From positions 173,786,001 to 173,850,000 of the forward strand of contig NC_042997.1 of the NCBI RefSeq assembly GCF_006345805.1: a stretch of 64,000 nucleotides of DNA, given 5' to 3'. Origin of the DNA: Octopus sinensis. Taxonomy: Eukaryota. Shown piece by piece: positions 13,150 through 27,055 of the stretch. The notes under the pieces were generated by a model. It saw nothing but the letters and a program-made list of their open reading frames with translations. It ran no database searches and was not told the origin of the DNA. A program made the translations under genes and the position numbers. Each line of letters opens with the position of its first letter. The first letter of the stretch is position 1.

Positions 13150-14160
13150 TCTGATCCTCTTTTTCCCACAATTTGAGAGCCATTTTGCCAGTGCGTAAGT
13201 TGATTTGCTCAAAAGCCCAACGTGCTTTCACTTCTATGACGAGGGATTTGATTTGGAAGCTCGATGTTGACTTAACTGGCAGAATTTTTCCTGCTCTAGA
13301 TTTGGGTTTCTTGCATTCTATTTTCATGTAGCACGTGTATTCAATGAGAATCATATGTTTAGATGAAATCAAAGAAGTGCAATTTCTGACCTCTTGTTAA
13401 TAATTTCTTGGGAATTTTTTCAATTCTGAAAGGTTTGCTGTTCACTTCCAGGCATCTACTGCATTCCGCAAGGCCACAGTTTTCTGCCAGCTGTTGTGTA
13501 GAACATTGGTGGAGCTTCTGATGATCTAATCTTCTCTCGCGTGGTACAAATAGCGTTTACGATTTTTTTTATGCCCTTCCTTTGCACTTTTCTTTGACTT
13601 GTGCCGCTTGGCCTGTGCTTAGAGCACGTCCAACTGCTTGTTTGCATTGACGGAGTGGGAATGCAGGGTTATCATATTTCAACCATTTTACCAGGTTTGT
13701 ATTCGAAGGTCATAACCAGTTTCGAGAATGAAGCTGATACTAAGGTGAACCAAATACTTTATTTAATTCTAGCTGTAGCTTCTCTGAAGTGCAATCTCCT
13801 ATATCATCTTTTGTCGCTTTTGGATCTACTGGACTGCCTTCTGAATTCTTTTGGTATCACCTTCTTCAACTTCTTATTTCACTTTCTGTATTACTGTATC
13901 ACATTGTTTTACTTTTTGCATTTGACATCCACTCCAGTGAGCCTAATCATTGCCTATTGGTTTGCGTGTATCATATTATTTCATTAACCTGGTGGCACAC
14001 CTTTGCTGCATACACCGCATCCTGAACATTCTACCTTCTGCCAGTTTTCAATTTGGGCTCGGTGAATCTCACAATGTTGTCGCCGAAGCGATCAAGCATA
14101 CATTCCAGTCTTGTACTCTTTCACAGTGGAATTTAAAGATAGCTTCAGTTTTTGCCTGGC
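13150..14160 (-). mobile_element. Degenerate non-LTR retrotransposon 3' coding region, HERO/REL-endonuclease-like
   Basis: Minus-strand frames give KLKLSLNSTVKEYK, a TGRK-like motif, ISFILETGYDL, KWLKYDNPAFPL and QQLAENC, which I recall from HERO-type ORFs; frameshifted. Confidence 0.5.
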
Positions 14161-14301
14161 GATAGTAGAAAGCAGCACCAGTGAAACCAAGCAGAAGAGA
14201 GAATCAGGAGAACAAGTAGGTATCAGCATCAAGGAGAGCAGGTGGGAGCAACATCAATGATCAGCATCATTTAAAATAGGTGATATGAATATATTATAAA
14301 T

Positions 14302-14510
14302 GCGGCAAGCAGGCAGAATCGTTATCACGCTGGGCAAAACGCTTAGCGGTATTTCATTTGTCTTTATGTTCTGAGTTCAAATTGCGCCAAGGTTAACTTA
14401 GCCTATCGTCCTTTCGGGGTTGATAAAATAAGTATCAGTTGGTCACTGGGTTCGACATAATTAACTTATCCACCCTAAGATTGCTGGCCTTGTGCCAAAA
14501 TTTGAAACCA
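14302..14510 (+). mobile_element. SINE family B
   Basis: Collinear with 11018-11225. Confidence 0.8.
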
Positions 14511-15057
14511 CTATGAATATATGGGTATATATGCAAATATTTGTGTATGCATGCATTATTTTCTTACGGGTACCAATTTCATGGCTCACATATAATTGTT
14601 ATATGTTTACAATACTTCAATGACAAACAGGTTTTCCTTGAATTTTCATTTTTAATTTTTATATTTCCACATCCTGTTCTTCTAAAACAGAAGACATAGA
14701 TAAAACCATGACCCCCGTCTGCTTCTCTTTATATCCAAACGCAGTAATTTGTGAAAAATATTTTACCCAGAAAATATTAGCTTTAAATTGTAATGTTTTC
14801 TGTCCTTTTCATGCATATTTTATATGTAAAATTATAAACTATTTTACCCATCACAATCGTCCAAATAACGCAGTCGGGTAACTCGAAAGAATGCTCAATG
14901 AAGCTGTCAACCACCAATAAATAATTATACAGTTCTTACTGAGAACTTTTTCTTTGTTGTTTGCACAGATTTTATGTTATAATACATACACATATATCAT
15001 ATGCACAGTAGTTCACACCTCAAGTAGTTATTGTCTATTTCGTGGGTTTAAGCAATT

Positions 15058-15466
15058 ACTCTTTACTCTTTTTACTTGTTTCAGTCATTTGACTGCGGCC
15101 ATGCTGGAGCATCGCCTTTAGTCGAGCAAATCGACCCCGGGACTTATTCTTTGTAAGCCCAGTACTTATTCTATCGGTCTCTTTTGCCGAACCGCTAAGT
15201 TACGGGGACGTAAACACACCAGCATCGGTTGTCAAGCAATGCTAGGGGAACAAACACAGACAACACAAACATATTCACACACTTATAATATATACATATA
15301 TACGACAGGCTTCTTTCAGTTTCCGTCTACCAAATCCACTCACAAGGCATTGGTCGGCCCGGGGCTATAGCAGAAGACACGTGCCCAAGATGCCACGCAG
15401 TGGGACTGAACCCGGAACCATGTGGTTGGTTAGCAAGCTACTTACCAAACAGCCACTCCTGCGCCT
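15058..15466 (-). mobile_element. Full-length SINE family A
   Basis: Reverse complement of the 41182-41604 copy, including tRNA-like head, internal (CA/TA) tract and (GAGTAAA)n tail. Confidence 0.9.
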
Positions 15467-15674
15467 GTTATGTATTACATTCCTTTAGCTCCTCCATTTT
15501 TCTACATCTATCCTTTTCGCACAGTGTTTGAGGCCGGTGGTTATTTAAAACAAAACATTGTTTAATGCATTTTGAGAATAACATTATCTTGGGGATAATT
15601 CGTGTGTAATAATTATCTCCCTTAGAAATGCATTTTCTAAATATAAATGAGGAAATCAAGACAAGTTAATAAGC

Positions 15675-15713
15675 AGATAGATAGACAGATAGACAGACAG
15701 ACAGGTAGGTAGG

Positions 15714-15788
<75 letters not shown>

Positions 15789-15934
15789 GATAGATAGATA
15801 GATAGATAGATAAGATAGATAGATAGATATAAATAGATAAGATAGATAGATAGATATAAATAGATAAGATAGATAGATAGATATAAATAGACAAAAATTT
15901 AGATAGGTATACAGATAGATAGACAGACAGCTAC

Positions 15935-16020
<86 letters not shown>
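15675..16020. repeat. (GATA)n/(GA)n microsatellite
   Basis: Visible repeats. Confidence 0.95.
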
Positions 16021-16022
<2 letters not shown>

Positions 16023-16413
16023 ATAGATAGATAATAGATTGACAGGTAGTTAGAATGCAGAAGAGAAGTTAGACAGAATGTAAAAAAATATTTAGATATT
16101 TGAACACGGGTATATAGAACGAAAGAAAGACGCTCGTCAGTTGAGGTGGTGAGAGTTTTGGCTGTAACGTAAAGTTTCTGGATGGTATACTGAGGGTACC
16201 GGAAAACAGTGTTTGGATGTAAAATGTAAGATTAGTTGCGAAGATAATGTTGATATGCATATAGGTGCTATGGTTCGTTAATCAGTTTAGTAGTACCTTA
16301 GAGTAGTATGAACAAGATCTTAGGATGAATTCTCCCTCGTGTCTACACCTCGCTACTTTTTCCAATTCTAATTTTAAGTAAAACACACACACATACATAT
16401 GTATGCATACACT

Positions 16414-16478
<65 letters not shown>

Positions 16479-17214
16479 TTCTCTCACACACACAAACATG
16501 CATGTATACATGTCACTCTCTCTCTCTCTCACATACACACGCATATATATATATATATATATACATATCAAAAGGGTGTGTTACAATACTAATCCACATA
16601 TACAAAAACACCTATATCAACAATCCAACATACAACCATCATCAGCTGCCCCACGGATATCATTATGGTTTCGACACCTGGGCAGTACCAAACAATCCAG
16701 CGGTGTCAACAGCACTAAAATAATTGTTGTTTGGGAACAAACATACCAAAGAAACCACAACTTTCAAACACATTTACCCTATGTACAACAGTATTGGTAA
16801 ATAAATTCAACAAGTAAATCAATAACCAACTCATAAATATGTAATTAAACAGCGACCAAACCTTTAAGTCATATACTTTATTCGCTACAGTCTTCCATAG
16901 TATAATATAAAAGTGAAAGTTTAATAACCACATTTATTCAACTTAGATATGAGCAGGATTAAACACTAACATTAAAATTCAACTACGACAATGGTATATT
17001 AATAATATCATCCCTATATTTATTTATAAATAATTTTACACATTTCGTTTGTTCCTATAGTGCTTGGTCACTTCAAACGAACTTTTGCAGGTATGGTAAG
17101 AGAGAATGCTAGTAGCAATTTATCTGGTAGACTTTAAAATAAAGAATTAATGTGCCCTCAAGCAGTTATTGTCTGTATATATGATATATGTGTATGTATT
17201 ATAACATAAAATAT

Positions 17215-17396
17215 GCGCCTAGCGGTTTCTATGACGCCAGTCCATCGCAACGTTACTCGTTTTTTCCAGCTGAGTTGAGCAACTTGAAATGAAGTGTTTT
17301 GCTCAAGAACACAACGCGTCGCCCGGTCCAGGAATCGAAATCACAATGTTATGATCATGGTGCTCACACCCTAACCACTAAGCCACGCGCCTCCAC
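17215..17396 (-). mobile_element. SINE family D, 5' part
   Basis: Reverse complement GTGGAGGCGCGTGGCTTAGTGGTTAGGG...GTGTTCTTGAGCAAAACACTT; homologous to 22293-22640 and 42645-42876. Confidence 0.75.
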
Positions 17397-17721
17397 AGCT
17401 GGCAGACTTTGGCTGAAGAGAAATCGGGAAACTATTTGGCGCTAAATTTCGAAACCGGTACCAAGTTAACCAGCATTTACTTGTTCTGAGCCATTTGAGG
17501 TAAGACATTATTTTTGTTCATTGATATTTTTCCTATCATGTCTGTAATAGATTTGTGACTATTCGGTGGTACAGAAGCATTTTTTGACTTCTATTGCTTA
17601 GCGATGTAGGTACTTATGTGGTGTCCTTTTCAGATGAATGTGGTACTTAAGTTGAGGCACCAGAATTTAGTACCGTATTTTCCATACAATTTCAAAATAA
17701 GGTGATTAGCATCAAAATAAG

Positions 17722-18008
17722 CAACAAGGATATCAAGAGGTAATATAGTACGATCGTTTCATGCAACTCCATTTCATTGAACAATGCAACCATTACATGA
17801 ATTTAAAAGCAGAGCTATCCTCAGCTGCACAAAGACATAGAATTAAATTAAATTAAAATTAAATTAGATTTAATTAATTTAATTAAATTCTAAGTCTTTG
17901 TGCAGCTGAGGATTGCTCTGCATTCAAATTAATGTAATGATTGCATTGTTCAATTAAATGGAGTTGCGTGAAACGATCGTATTGTATTACCTCTGGATAT
18001 CCTCGTTG
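17722..18008. repeat. Fold-back element, ~125-bp diverged arms, each with a degenerate hammerhead-like motif
   Basis: Arms 17722-17845 and 17886-18008 pair with scattered mismatches; plus arm has CTGAGGA (17906)...GAAACGATCGTA (17970-17981). Confidence 0.75.
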
Positions 18009-18010
18009 TA

Positions 18011-18074
<64 letters not shown>

Positions 18075-18099
18075 GTGTGTGTGTGTGTGGTGTGTGTGG

Positions 18100-18139
<40 letters not shown>

Positions 18140-18542
18140 ATATGTGTGTAAAGGTAGAATCCAAGGATCAAGGTCTAGCTTCAAGCAATCCGTTGAAAAT
18201 ATATATGAACAAAAAAAAAAAACTTTTAGGAACAATTGCGGTTTGTTGACGCAGAAGGTTGTGAATGTTTCCCGTACCGAAAAGCTGAATGATGTAAATT
18301 ATATAGTTCACGGTTAGCAACAGGAATTGTTGTACATGGGAATAAATATCCTAAAAGTAGGGAAAAAAGTAGATAAAATCAAGGCTACATATCTGTCATA
18401 GCTAGCGGAACCTCAGAAGTAGTAAATTATCCAAACAGATAGACCGCAAGCTACTCATCAAGGATACCTGGATTATATTAAGTTTCCGTTGTCGTTAGGA
18501 GATCCAGTGTTAACACGATGGGGATTCGATCGAAATTTATGG

Positions 18543-18614
<72 letters not shown>

Positions 18615-18805
18615 GTATCTGTAAATATAATATGTGCGGCGTGGGTTTCCGCCTCGACATCCGAAACACGGAGTTTTATCATGGCTACCGAATAATTCTC
18701 ACGTATTATATTTACAGATAAATACTTCTATTACATAATATCGAGGTCTCTTTCATTCTTTTGTTGTCTTACGTTTTCTATCAATATATATATATATATA
18801 ATATG

Positions 18806-18875
<70 letters not shown>

Positions 18876-18894
18876 ATATATTATATATATGTAT

Positions 18895-19020
18895 ATGTAA
18901 AAAAATACAAACTGGGACAAGAACGCAAAACATTTAGAAGACGATACAAAAAACACGGACGGGACATTCGAAGCCTTCAATCTTCAGTCAAGAACCGGAT
19001 CATCCTCGCAATTTCGGCTG
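18895..19020 (+). repeat. Unclassified (TA)n-flanked repeat family E, fragment
   Basis: GGGACAAGAACGCAAAACAT...CAAGAACCGGATCATCCTCGCAATTTCGGCTG; longer copies at 40010-40380 and 58290-58630. Confidence 0.75.
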
Positions 19021-19054
<34 letters not shown>

Positions 19055-20079
19055 TGTTTACGCCCGAAGTGCAGTCTTTGACTTTTCTACCCAAAGGGTT
19101 TTTAACCCAATATTTACACTCTATTATATATAGCTTTATTTGCTTCGAGATTCACCGTTCCTAAAAGAATCTTATATACTCACACATGCGTATTGTATGC
19201 TTGTAAATATACACAATCATGCATTTCCACATGCATTCACACAACCGCGTGCGCTCACACTGAGATACAGAGATCCTTTAACGTGAATGCATTGAAAATG
19301 TATAAGCAGAAATAGTAAATTATAAATAACGTTGATATGCATTATTGTTTCATATTGTAATACATATGAGCGATATTGTATAAAATACGATGTATACAAA
19401 TCCATTCTTTTTATGAAACCGTATCGATATTTGTTTGTGAGTATGCATGCACATATAAATGCATACACAAATGTGCGCGCTCACACACGCACACAAAGAC
19501 ACGTACACATGGATGTTTGCGGTGAAAAAAGTTTCCTGTGCACATACATGTCATTACGTTTATAGGAATAATAGGAGTACGGTGAGAACATGTGTATGCG
19601 TATGTATGTGTGTAAGTATATGAATGTATATATATATATATATATATATGTATATTGTTTACATGTATATGTATGTGTCAGAGGGTCTGTAATTCTACTC
19701 TTGTACAGGTATATCGGAATTTAAAGGAATTTCAATTTCATGCCACGACAAAAACAATTTAGGCGGAAAATTAGAAATTAGATCTTCAATCTGTTGGCAG
19801 TTTCGAGATTGACATCAGCTTTCCATTGAAACATTGCTGTTCTCTCTCCTTCTCTTTCTAGATATTGTCTCTGTCTCCTACTATTTCACTGTCTGTTTGC
19901 CTCTACCTCTTAATCTCTCTCACATGTAATGTCTCTCTCTCTCTAACCACCCACCCTCTCTCTCTTTTGTGCGCTCTCTCTCTCTCTAACTTTCTGTTGA
20001 TATCACTATATCTTCTATATGACAATCTTTTTCTACCCACCTCCGAGTCGGTATATCTATGGATATACAAACATACAAA

Positions 20080-20530
20080 CACTTTCTCCATACATGCATA
20101 CATACATATATACATACATCCATCCATCCATACATACATACATATTTACATACATACATACATACATACACACATACATACATAAATACATACATACATA
20201 CAGTGAAAGAGAGACAGTGAGACAGGAGGGGCAGGAGTGATAGATAGATAAGCAGGTAGGTAATTAGATATAAAACACACACAGATCATCAATATAGATA
20301 TTTAATTCCATACACACAGACACCTAGATTCATACAGACACGCACGCACACACAAACATGCATATTGCATACATATACATACACATACATATACATACAT
20401 ATATATATACTCATACATACATACACACACACATACATACATACACATACATACATACATACATACATACATACATACATACATACATACATTCATACAT
20501 ACATACATACATATATATATATATACATAT
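20080..20530. repeat. (ATAC)n/(ATCC)n microsatellites
   Basis: Visible repeats. Confidence 0.9.
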
Positions 20531-20597
20531 ATATATATTTTTTTGATTTTAATTTTATCTAGTTTCAGCTCACGAGCTATGGCCATGCTGGGGCACC

Positions 20598-20649
<52 letters not shown>

Positions 20650-21652
20650 CACAAACTTAGGCTGTGCACATTCCATTGAGCTAAGTTACATTTTTAGTTA
20701 TTGAGACTGCACAGTGGCTTACCAGGTGCTATGAATTTACGTCTGTAGGAATTGAATACACAGGAATAATTGACCTCAAATACACCACATGAAGTGTATA
20801 TGAAATATTTATCTTGAATATCCCGTGGAACATCTAGATAATTTGGTGAATACTCACCTCTTCAGCCGCTGTTGGACTAAAGGCAGTTACACATTTAGCC
20901 ACCGAATATATAGCAGTTACTGACATCACGAATTATTGGTATATAAATGGAGCAGGAACCGATACATAAGAAAGTATTCCCTAGGAAATAATATCTTTAG
21001 CAGGATAGCAGTGAGAAATACCTTAAGATTGTTGTACTGGTAGGGAATATAATATACGTACAAAGAGTTAACGGGTACACGGATTTAGGCGATAAATTAT
21101 CTTAGCTCCTTTTAGTGAGATGTTTAAGTACTATGATTGTAGAACTCTAAAATTATTCGGTGCTATGATTTTTTAATTTATCTTTTATATTTTAATAGTT
21201 TCAGTCATTGGAATGCGGCCACGTGAGAGCACCGGCTTGAAGGGTTTAGTGGGACAAATCGACCCCACTGCATTTTTGTTTGTTCATTTAGCCAAACCGC
21301 TAAGTCATTGGAACGCTATGCAAAACCAATAGTGGTTCTCAGGTAGTTGCGGGAAGGGGGGAACACAAACACGCATAACCATACATATACTATGGGCCTC
21401 CAGTCAGTTTCTTTATACCATATTGACTCACAACATTTTAATCGGCTCGCGGATACATATTGTAGAGGACACTTGTCCAAGGTACCGTTGTTTCAAAGCG
21501 AGCTTCTTAACCACACAGCCATGTCTGCGCTTATGTGAATTGAACAAATGGGGAAAATGGACTTCAAATATTCCACATAACATTAAAATGAAATACTGAT
21601 CAAAGTTATCTTAATGGACATTTAGATGTTCTATAACTTTTCACAGCGTCAG

Positions 21653-21947
21653 CAGGGCCTGTTTTAAGCGAATTCCACAGATTTTTTCAAATTAGGTCCT
21701 TTGCCAAGGGAGGGCCCCATGTCAGTGGGGGGAGGGGCTACTGCGCACTCGCTCGAGCGGAGGACGCTATTATGAGTTTTTAGAATAACATAGGGACTAA
21801 TGGTTGAGCCTCATGCCTGTAACGCCTTTTGGCTGTGACTGGCGTACTACACAAAGCATAAAACTTGAATCTTCAGCTTTTGCAGAGTAGAGGGCCCTAT
21901 TGACAATTCTCTAATTATTGGCTCCGCACTTCCTAGTGCCGGCCCTA
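21653..21947. mobile_element. Possible hAT-like MITE
   Basis: GC-rich island with CAGGGCCTG...GCCGGCCCTA termini; no TSD found. Confidence 0.25.
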
Positions 21948-21985
21948 GTGTAAGTAGCTGATGAACAAAGGAAAAATGCACGTTT

Positions 21986-22039
<54 letters not shown>

Positions 22040-22292
22040 TGTGTGTGTGTTGTGTGTGTGTGTGCGTGCAAATGATCAAACATATATACATACATATTTA
22101 TATATATATATGTGTATATAAATGTAATATGAGACAATTATTCTGTAGCCATGATAAAACTCCGAGTTTCGGTGGATGAATGTATACTTTTAGGTGCACG
22201 CACGTGGATGTGCGGGCGCGCATGTGTAGGTATGAACATGCGCGCTTACGTGAATACTATGACTTTTTTGCATATGTATGTATGTGTGTATG

Positions 22293-22640
22293 TATGTATG
22301 TATCGGAGACTCCCTTCAGTCACGAATGACCATGGGATTGTACCTAGAAAGTTAATCTCCGAGTCACGAGTCCGAGCAAGGTTGTTTACGGAAGACTACC
22401 AGTCGGCCATGCATACCAGGCTCCTCTCTTCACACCACTGATGTTATCCAAGAGAAAGGCAAAGGCTGATACAGCTTGGGACCAGTGACGTCGCAACTCA
22501 TTTCCACAGCTGAGTGAACTGGAGCAACGTGAAATAAAATGTTTTGCTCAAGAACACAACTCGCAGCCCGGTCCGGAATTCGAATTCCCAACCTCACAGT
22601 CGTAAGTTCGATGCGCTAACTACTGAACCATGCGCCTTCC
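22293..22640 (-). mobile_element. SINE family D, near full length (tRNA head, central domain, probable RTE-derived tail)
   Basis: Reverse complement has tRNA-like head GAAGGCGCATGGTTCAGTAGTTAGCGC...GAATTCGAATTCC, then TTGAGCAAAACA...CTCCAGTTCACTCAGCTG. Confidence 0.75.
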
Positions 22641-22654
22641 CTCTCTCTCTCTCT

Positions 22655-22752
<98 letters not shown>

Positions 22753-23045
22753 CACACACACACATTTACGTACCTACAAAGATGCATTCATACATAAATA
22801 GACACATACTAGCACACGCACACACATACACGCGCGCATATATATCAGCTCTCTACAGGACTTCTCGGTATCACAATATGCTAAATACTCCACATAATTA
22901 GACATGGAATTCTCATTTGAGCTATAGTCTTCCTAGATTTATACTACTCAAATTCCATATACAGATATGCGGTGTATGTGTGTGTGTGGTGTGTGTGTGT
23001 GTATACATATAATATATATATATATATATACAGCGCATATCTAAT

Positions 23046-23102
<57 letters not shown>

Positions 23103-23103
<1 letters not shown>

Positions 23104-23408
23104 GAGGCGCAATGGCCCTGTGGTTAGAGCAGCGGACTCGCGGTCGTAGGATCGCGGTTTCGATTCCCAGACCGGGGGTTGTGAGTGTTTATTGAGCGAA
23201 AACACTTAAAGCTCCACGATGCTCCAGCAGGGGTAGGTGGCGGTCCCTGCTGTACTCTTTCGCCACAACTTTCTCTCACTCTTTCTTCTGTTGGCCTGCT
23301 CACTTAGCCAGCGGGGTGGCGTCATTTGAAGGCTAAAACAATACGAAGCATTGTGACCAGCGATGTGCAACATCTGATAGCCTGGTCGAACACGGTGATC
23401 ACGGTGAT
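23103..23408 (+). mobile_element. SINE family C, full length
   Basis: GGAGGCGCAATGGCCCTGTGGTTAGAGCAGCGGAC...GGTTTCGATTCCC (A/B boxes) followed by a non-tRNA body and short tandem tail. Confidence 0.8.
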
Positions 23409-23432
23409 ATATATATATATATATATATGTAT

Positions 23433-23478
<46 letters not shown>

Positions 23479-23582
23479 GATGAGCTTAGCTTAAGCTCTC
23501 TCACTCAATGGAGCTGTGGTCTTCCCAGATTAGTTGTGCCAGTGGCGTTATCGTGCCTAGAGCCGACCAGGTCGGCATATAT

Positions 23583-23771
23583 ATATATGAAAATATGAAA
23601 GAATGGAGTTGAACGACGAATTAACAAAATTCCTTTATTTTCGACATATGTTTCGAAGGCTGCATGTTCCTAATTGCTAATTGCTAATATGCAGCCTTCG
23701 AAACATATGTCGAAAATAAAGGAATTTTGTTAATTCGTCGTTCAACTCTATTCTTTCATATTTTCATATAT
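23583..23771. repeat. Fold-back palindrome, 83-bp arms, 23-nt loop
   Basis: Arms 23583-23665 and 23689-23771 are near-perfect reverse complements; each has GAAACATATGTC. Confidence 0.9.
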
Positions 23772-24549
23772 TTATATTATAAAAAAAAAACATTCAAATT
23801 TCCACACGAAAGCACGTAACTTCAAACGTGTCTTCTCTGATGTGAATTTGCTACCCAGGTATCGGTTAACCGAATTATACTTAACAAGATAATTCATTCA
23901 ACTACTCAAATATATATATATATATATACATATACACATTTTTGTAGAAGCCATTTAGGTTTATCTGTTTTGTCAATCGACTTACTAGAAAATAGAAGCT
24001 ACAATGCAGTCGTAGATTTACAAAAAACCGGTTTGATACAGTTGGTGCGCTGTTGTTGATAGTTTTATTCCATTAGAATTGACCAGGATTTTTCGGGGAG
24101 AAGAACAACAAAGCCGACCGACAGCAAACAAAAAAAGAAGATACCTTCGGGATTCTTCCAGCTGAGTCTTTGTAACAGGAGGAGCTTATGAAAACTTTTC
24201 TATTGGCTGATATTATTGAAGTTATTTCCCTTGGATTTGCTCCCCCCTCCCCTATAGATTTTTTAAACACACCTAAGGAGGGATTTTGTTTTAATTACGT
24301 GCATAATCACAGTTAATCGATTTTCTTTTCTTCTCTTTTTTAAATTTTTTTTTCAACTTAGGTATATGAGAATAAATCATAGACGATATTTTTCGAAGTT
24401 GTTTCTTATGCAGAAGTTTATGTTTCATCAGTCTACATGTGTTGATAATACATGTGGCGGGAAATGCGGCGGCGTTGAGAGATAACAGACGTAGGAAGGA
24501 GGGAGGAAAAGAAGCAGTTTTGGGACCACTTCCAGACATTTTAACCTTT

Positions 24550-24562
24550 ATTATTATTATTA

Positions 24563-24614
<52 letters not shown>

Positions 24615-24660
24615 CATTATTATTATTATTATTATTATTATCATTATTATTATTATTATT
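24550..24660. repeat. (ATT)n microsatellite
   Basis: Visible repeats. Confidence 0.95.
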
Positions 24661-26094
24661 GTTAATACAGTTGCCTTCGTCCTTATAACTGTTTCGCTAC
24701 TGTCGCTATGATAGTGCTCATATGTTACATTGTTTACTTATTGATTTATTAATTTATCCATTTAAATGTTTTTAAATCGTTTCCTTCTCTTCTCTTCTTT
24801 TTCTTTTCTTTTTCTTAGTTTCGTAAATAATCTCCTGCTTCACCTTGAATTATTTAAATTACAAAAAACAAAAAAAAAAAATGAAGAAAAAAAAAAGGAA
24901 GAATTTTTCCCCTTGGCTTCTTTCTTGATTAGTAGAATTAGATTAATTTTACAGAATCTAAAGCATCCTTTTAATTATTTATGCTTTTCTTCCTCCTCCT
25001 TTTCATCTTCGTTGTCATTCAGCCTCACCTGCTCCTCCTCTTCCTCCTCCTTTTCTTATACGCAAAGTCCTGTATAGTTTTCTTGGTGTGTTTTGTTGTG
25101 TTAGTTTACACACACTCACACACACACACACTCACACCACACACACACAAACGCGCACACACACTCACTTATAATTTTTTTTTTGTTTTATTTTCCCGAG
25201 CTAAACTGCTCAGATGAACAATTGTTAAATCAAGTATGAAGAACTACGCATTCAATCAAAGAGAATATTTCGGAACTTTCAGGAACATTAAAAAGAAAAG
25301 AAAAATCAAGAATAAGAACCCACCATATATATATATATATATAATATATATATACATACATGTATATATATGTATATTATATACATATATATATACATAT
25401 TATATATATATATACATATATATATATATACATATATATACATATATATATATATATATTGAATGACAACAACGAAAACAAGAAGAACCTACAATAATAA
25501 ATACAACTATAACAAAATTATTTAAATGAACAAAAGAAACGATACAAGATGCAATATAAAATTTATACAAAACTATACAAAGGAAAATTAAATATACAAA
25601 CGTAATAAGTATCTCAAAAATCAAATCAAATAAAATAAAATTTAAGAGAAAAACAACGCAAATATACGAAAATCAAAAGCAGAATATCAAATGGTCCAAT
25701 GATTTCTCTAATATAATACCAAATTTCTTCTGTGCCTCGGCAAGATTTTGTGAAGAAAAGTATGAATCTTATTAAGATAATAATCTTTCCTTAATAACTG
25801 CTCTGTCTGATATCATTGTCGTTGACTGTGTCTGATATTATGTATAATTGTATATATTTATATGTTTCTGTATATTTTCACACACACACACACACACATA
25901 CACACGCACACACATTTGTATGCATATGTATGTTTGTATTTTTATGTGATTACATGAATGTGTGTGTGCTTATGTACACACATGTAGATATATACGTGAT
26001 ATATATATGTATGTATATATGTGTGTGTGTGCATGTGTGTGTATACGTAAATATATCTGCATATATACATACATAAAGACATATGTATATATAC

Positions 26095-26149
<55 letters not shown>

Positions 26150-26287
26150 CGTGTGTGTGTGTGTGTGTGTGTAAATTATAATTGTAGCGTTTTATATTCT
26201 ATGATTAAGTTTCTGACTGTTTCAATATGTGTATGTTTGTGTGTGTTTGTGAGTGTGTGTATGTGTGTGTGTGTGTATGTGTGTGTG

Positions 26288-26323
<36 letters not shown>

Positions 26324-26739
26324 GAGTAGATGCACATCTGTTTCTGAGCGTCTGGCTCTGAATTCTGAAATACGAATTTTAGTACGCGGGCATTAGTTTA
26401 TTTGTAATATGAATATTCATACGTATGCATTCTCCTCCTCCTTCTCCTCCTTTCCTTACCCCCACTTCCCTCTCCAACTGCAACGACTATTCGTGAAAGA
26501 TATTGAGGATGCCGTCTTAATATCTGAATAAATTATGCGTTGGCCACGATTAGAAGTCTTCCCTATCTGATCTGCCCTGAAGCGGAGCAACAACAACAAT
26601 AATTCTTTCTAATAAAAGCCCAAGGTCAGTAATTTGTGGGTAGAAGGTTAAGAAGTTAAACAGACCTCGGCACTTGATCATTACTTTATTGTATCGACTG
26701 TGGTGCTATTAAAAGCTGTTATAAACCCAAACTCGAATA

Positions 26740-27006
26740 TCAAAGTTTAAAAGGTTTCACGTACAGTCTCTCCAGAGTTTGAATTGCTTCTGAGTAATTC
26801 TCACATTCACTTATGATTTCGTAAACGTCTTTACCTATGTTCTCTATTAAACACCTAAGTTTGGTTTCATCCGTGATAGGCGGTTCTGCAGGAAATGATT
26901 CTAAAAAGTTTTTTAAAGTTCTGAACCAATATTTCCATTCTTTTGATGCTTGACTCAAACTTGGATCAGCGGTGAACAAATTTGGTTTTATAAATTTGCT
27001 GTCCAT
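26740..27006 (-). mobile_element. LTR retrotransposon gag N-terminal fragment (Ty3/Gypsy-like)
   Basis: MDSKFIKPNLFTADPSLSQASKEWKYWFRTLKNFL...YSEAIQTLERLYVKP resembles the KEWxHWxRTFENF...LYVKP gag start of invertebrate Gypsy-like elements; truncated. Confidence 0.6.
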
Positions 27007-27055
27007 TCTCTTTTTCTCTTTCTCTAGCTGTGGTTAATCGATTAAATTGTTATAA

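Noticed and set aside
16570-16720. Minus-strand GTA/CTGCCC...GAAACCA...GGGCAG-CTGATGA hammerhead-like pieces
   Set aside because: Order is incompatible with any HHR topology and no stem II forms.
23103-23175. tRNA gene-like sequence (also heads at 41182 and 11018)
   Set aside because: Followed by SINE bodies and lacking a proper cloverleaf 3' acceptor; SINE heads, not tRNA genes.
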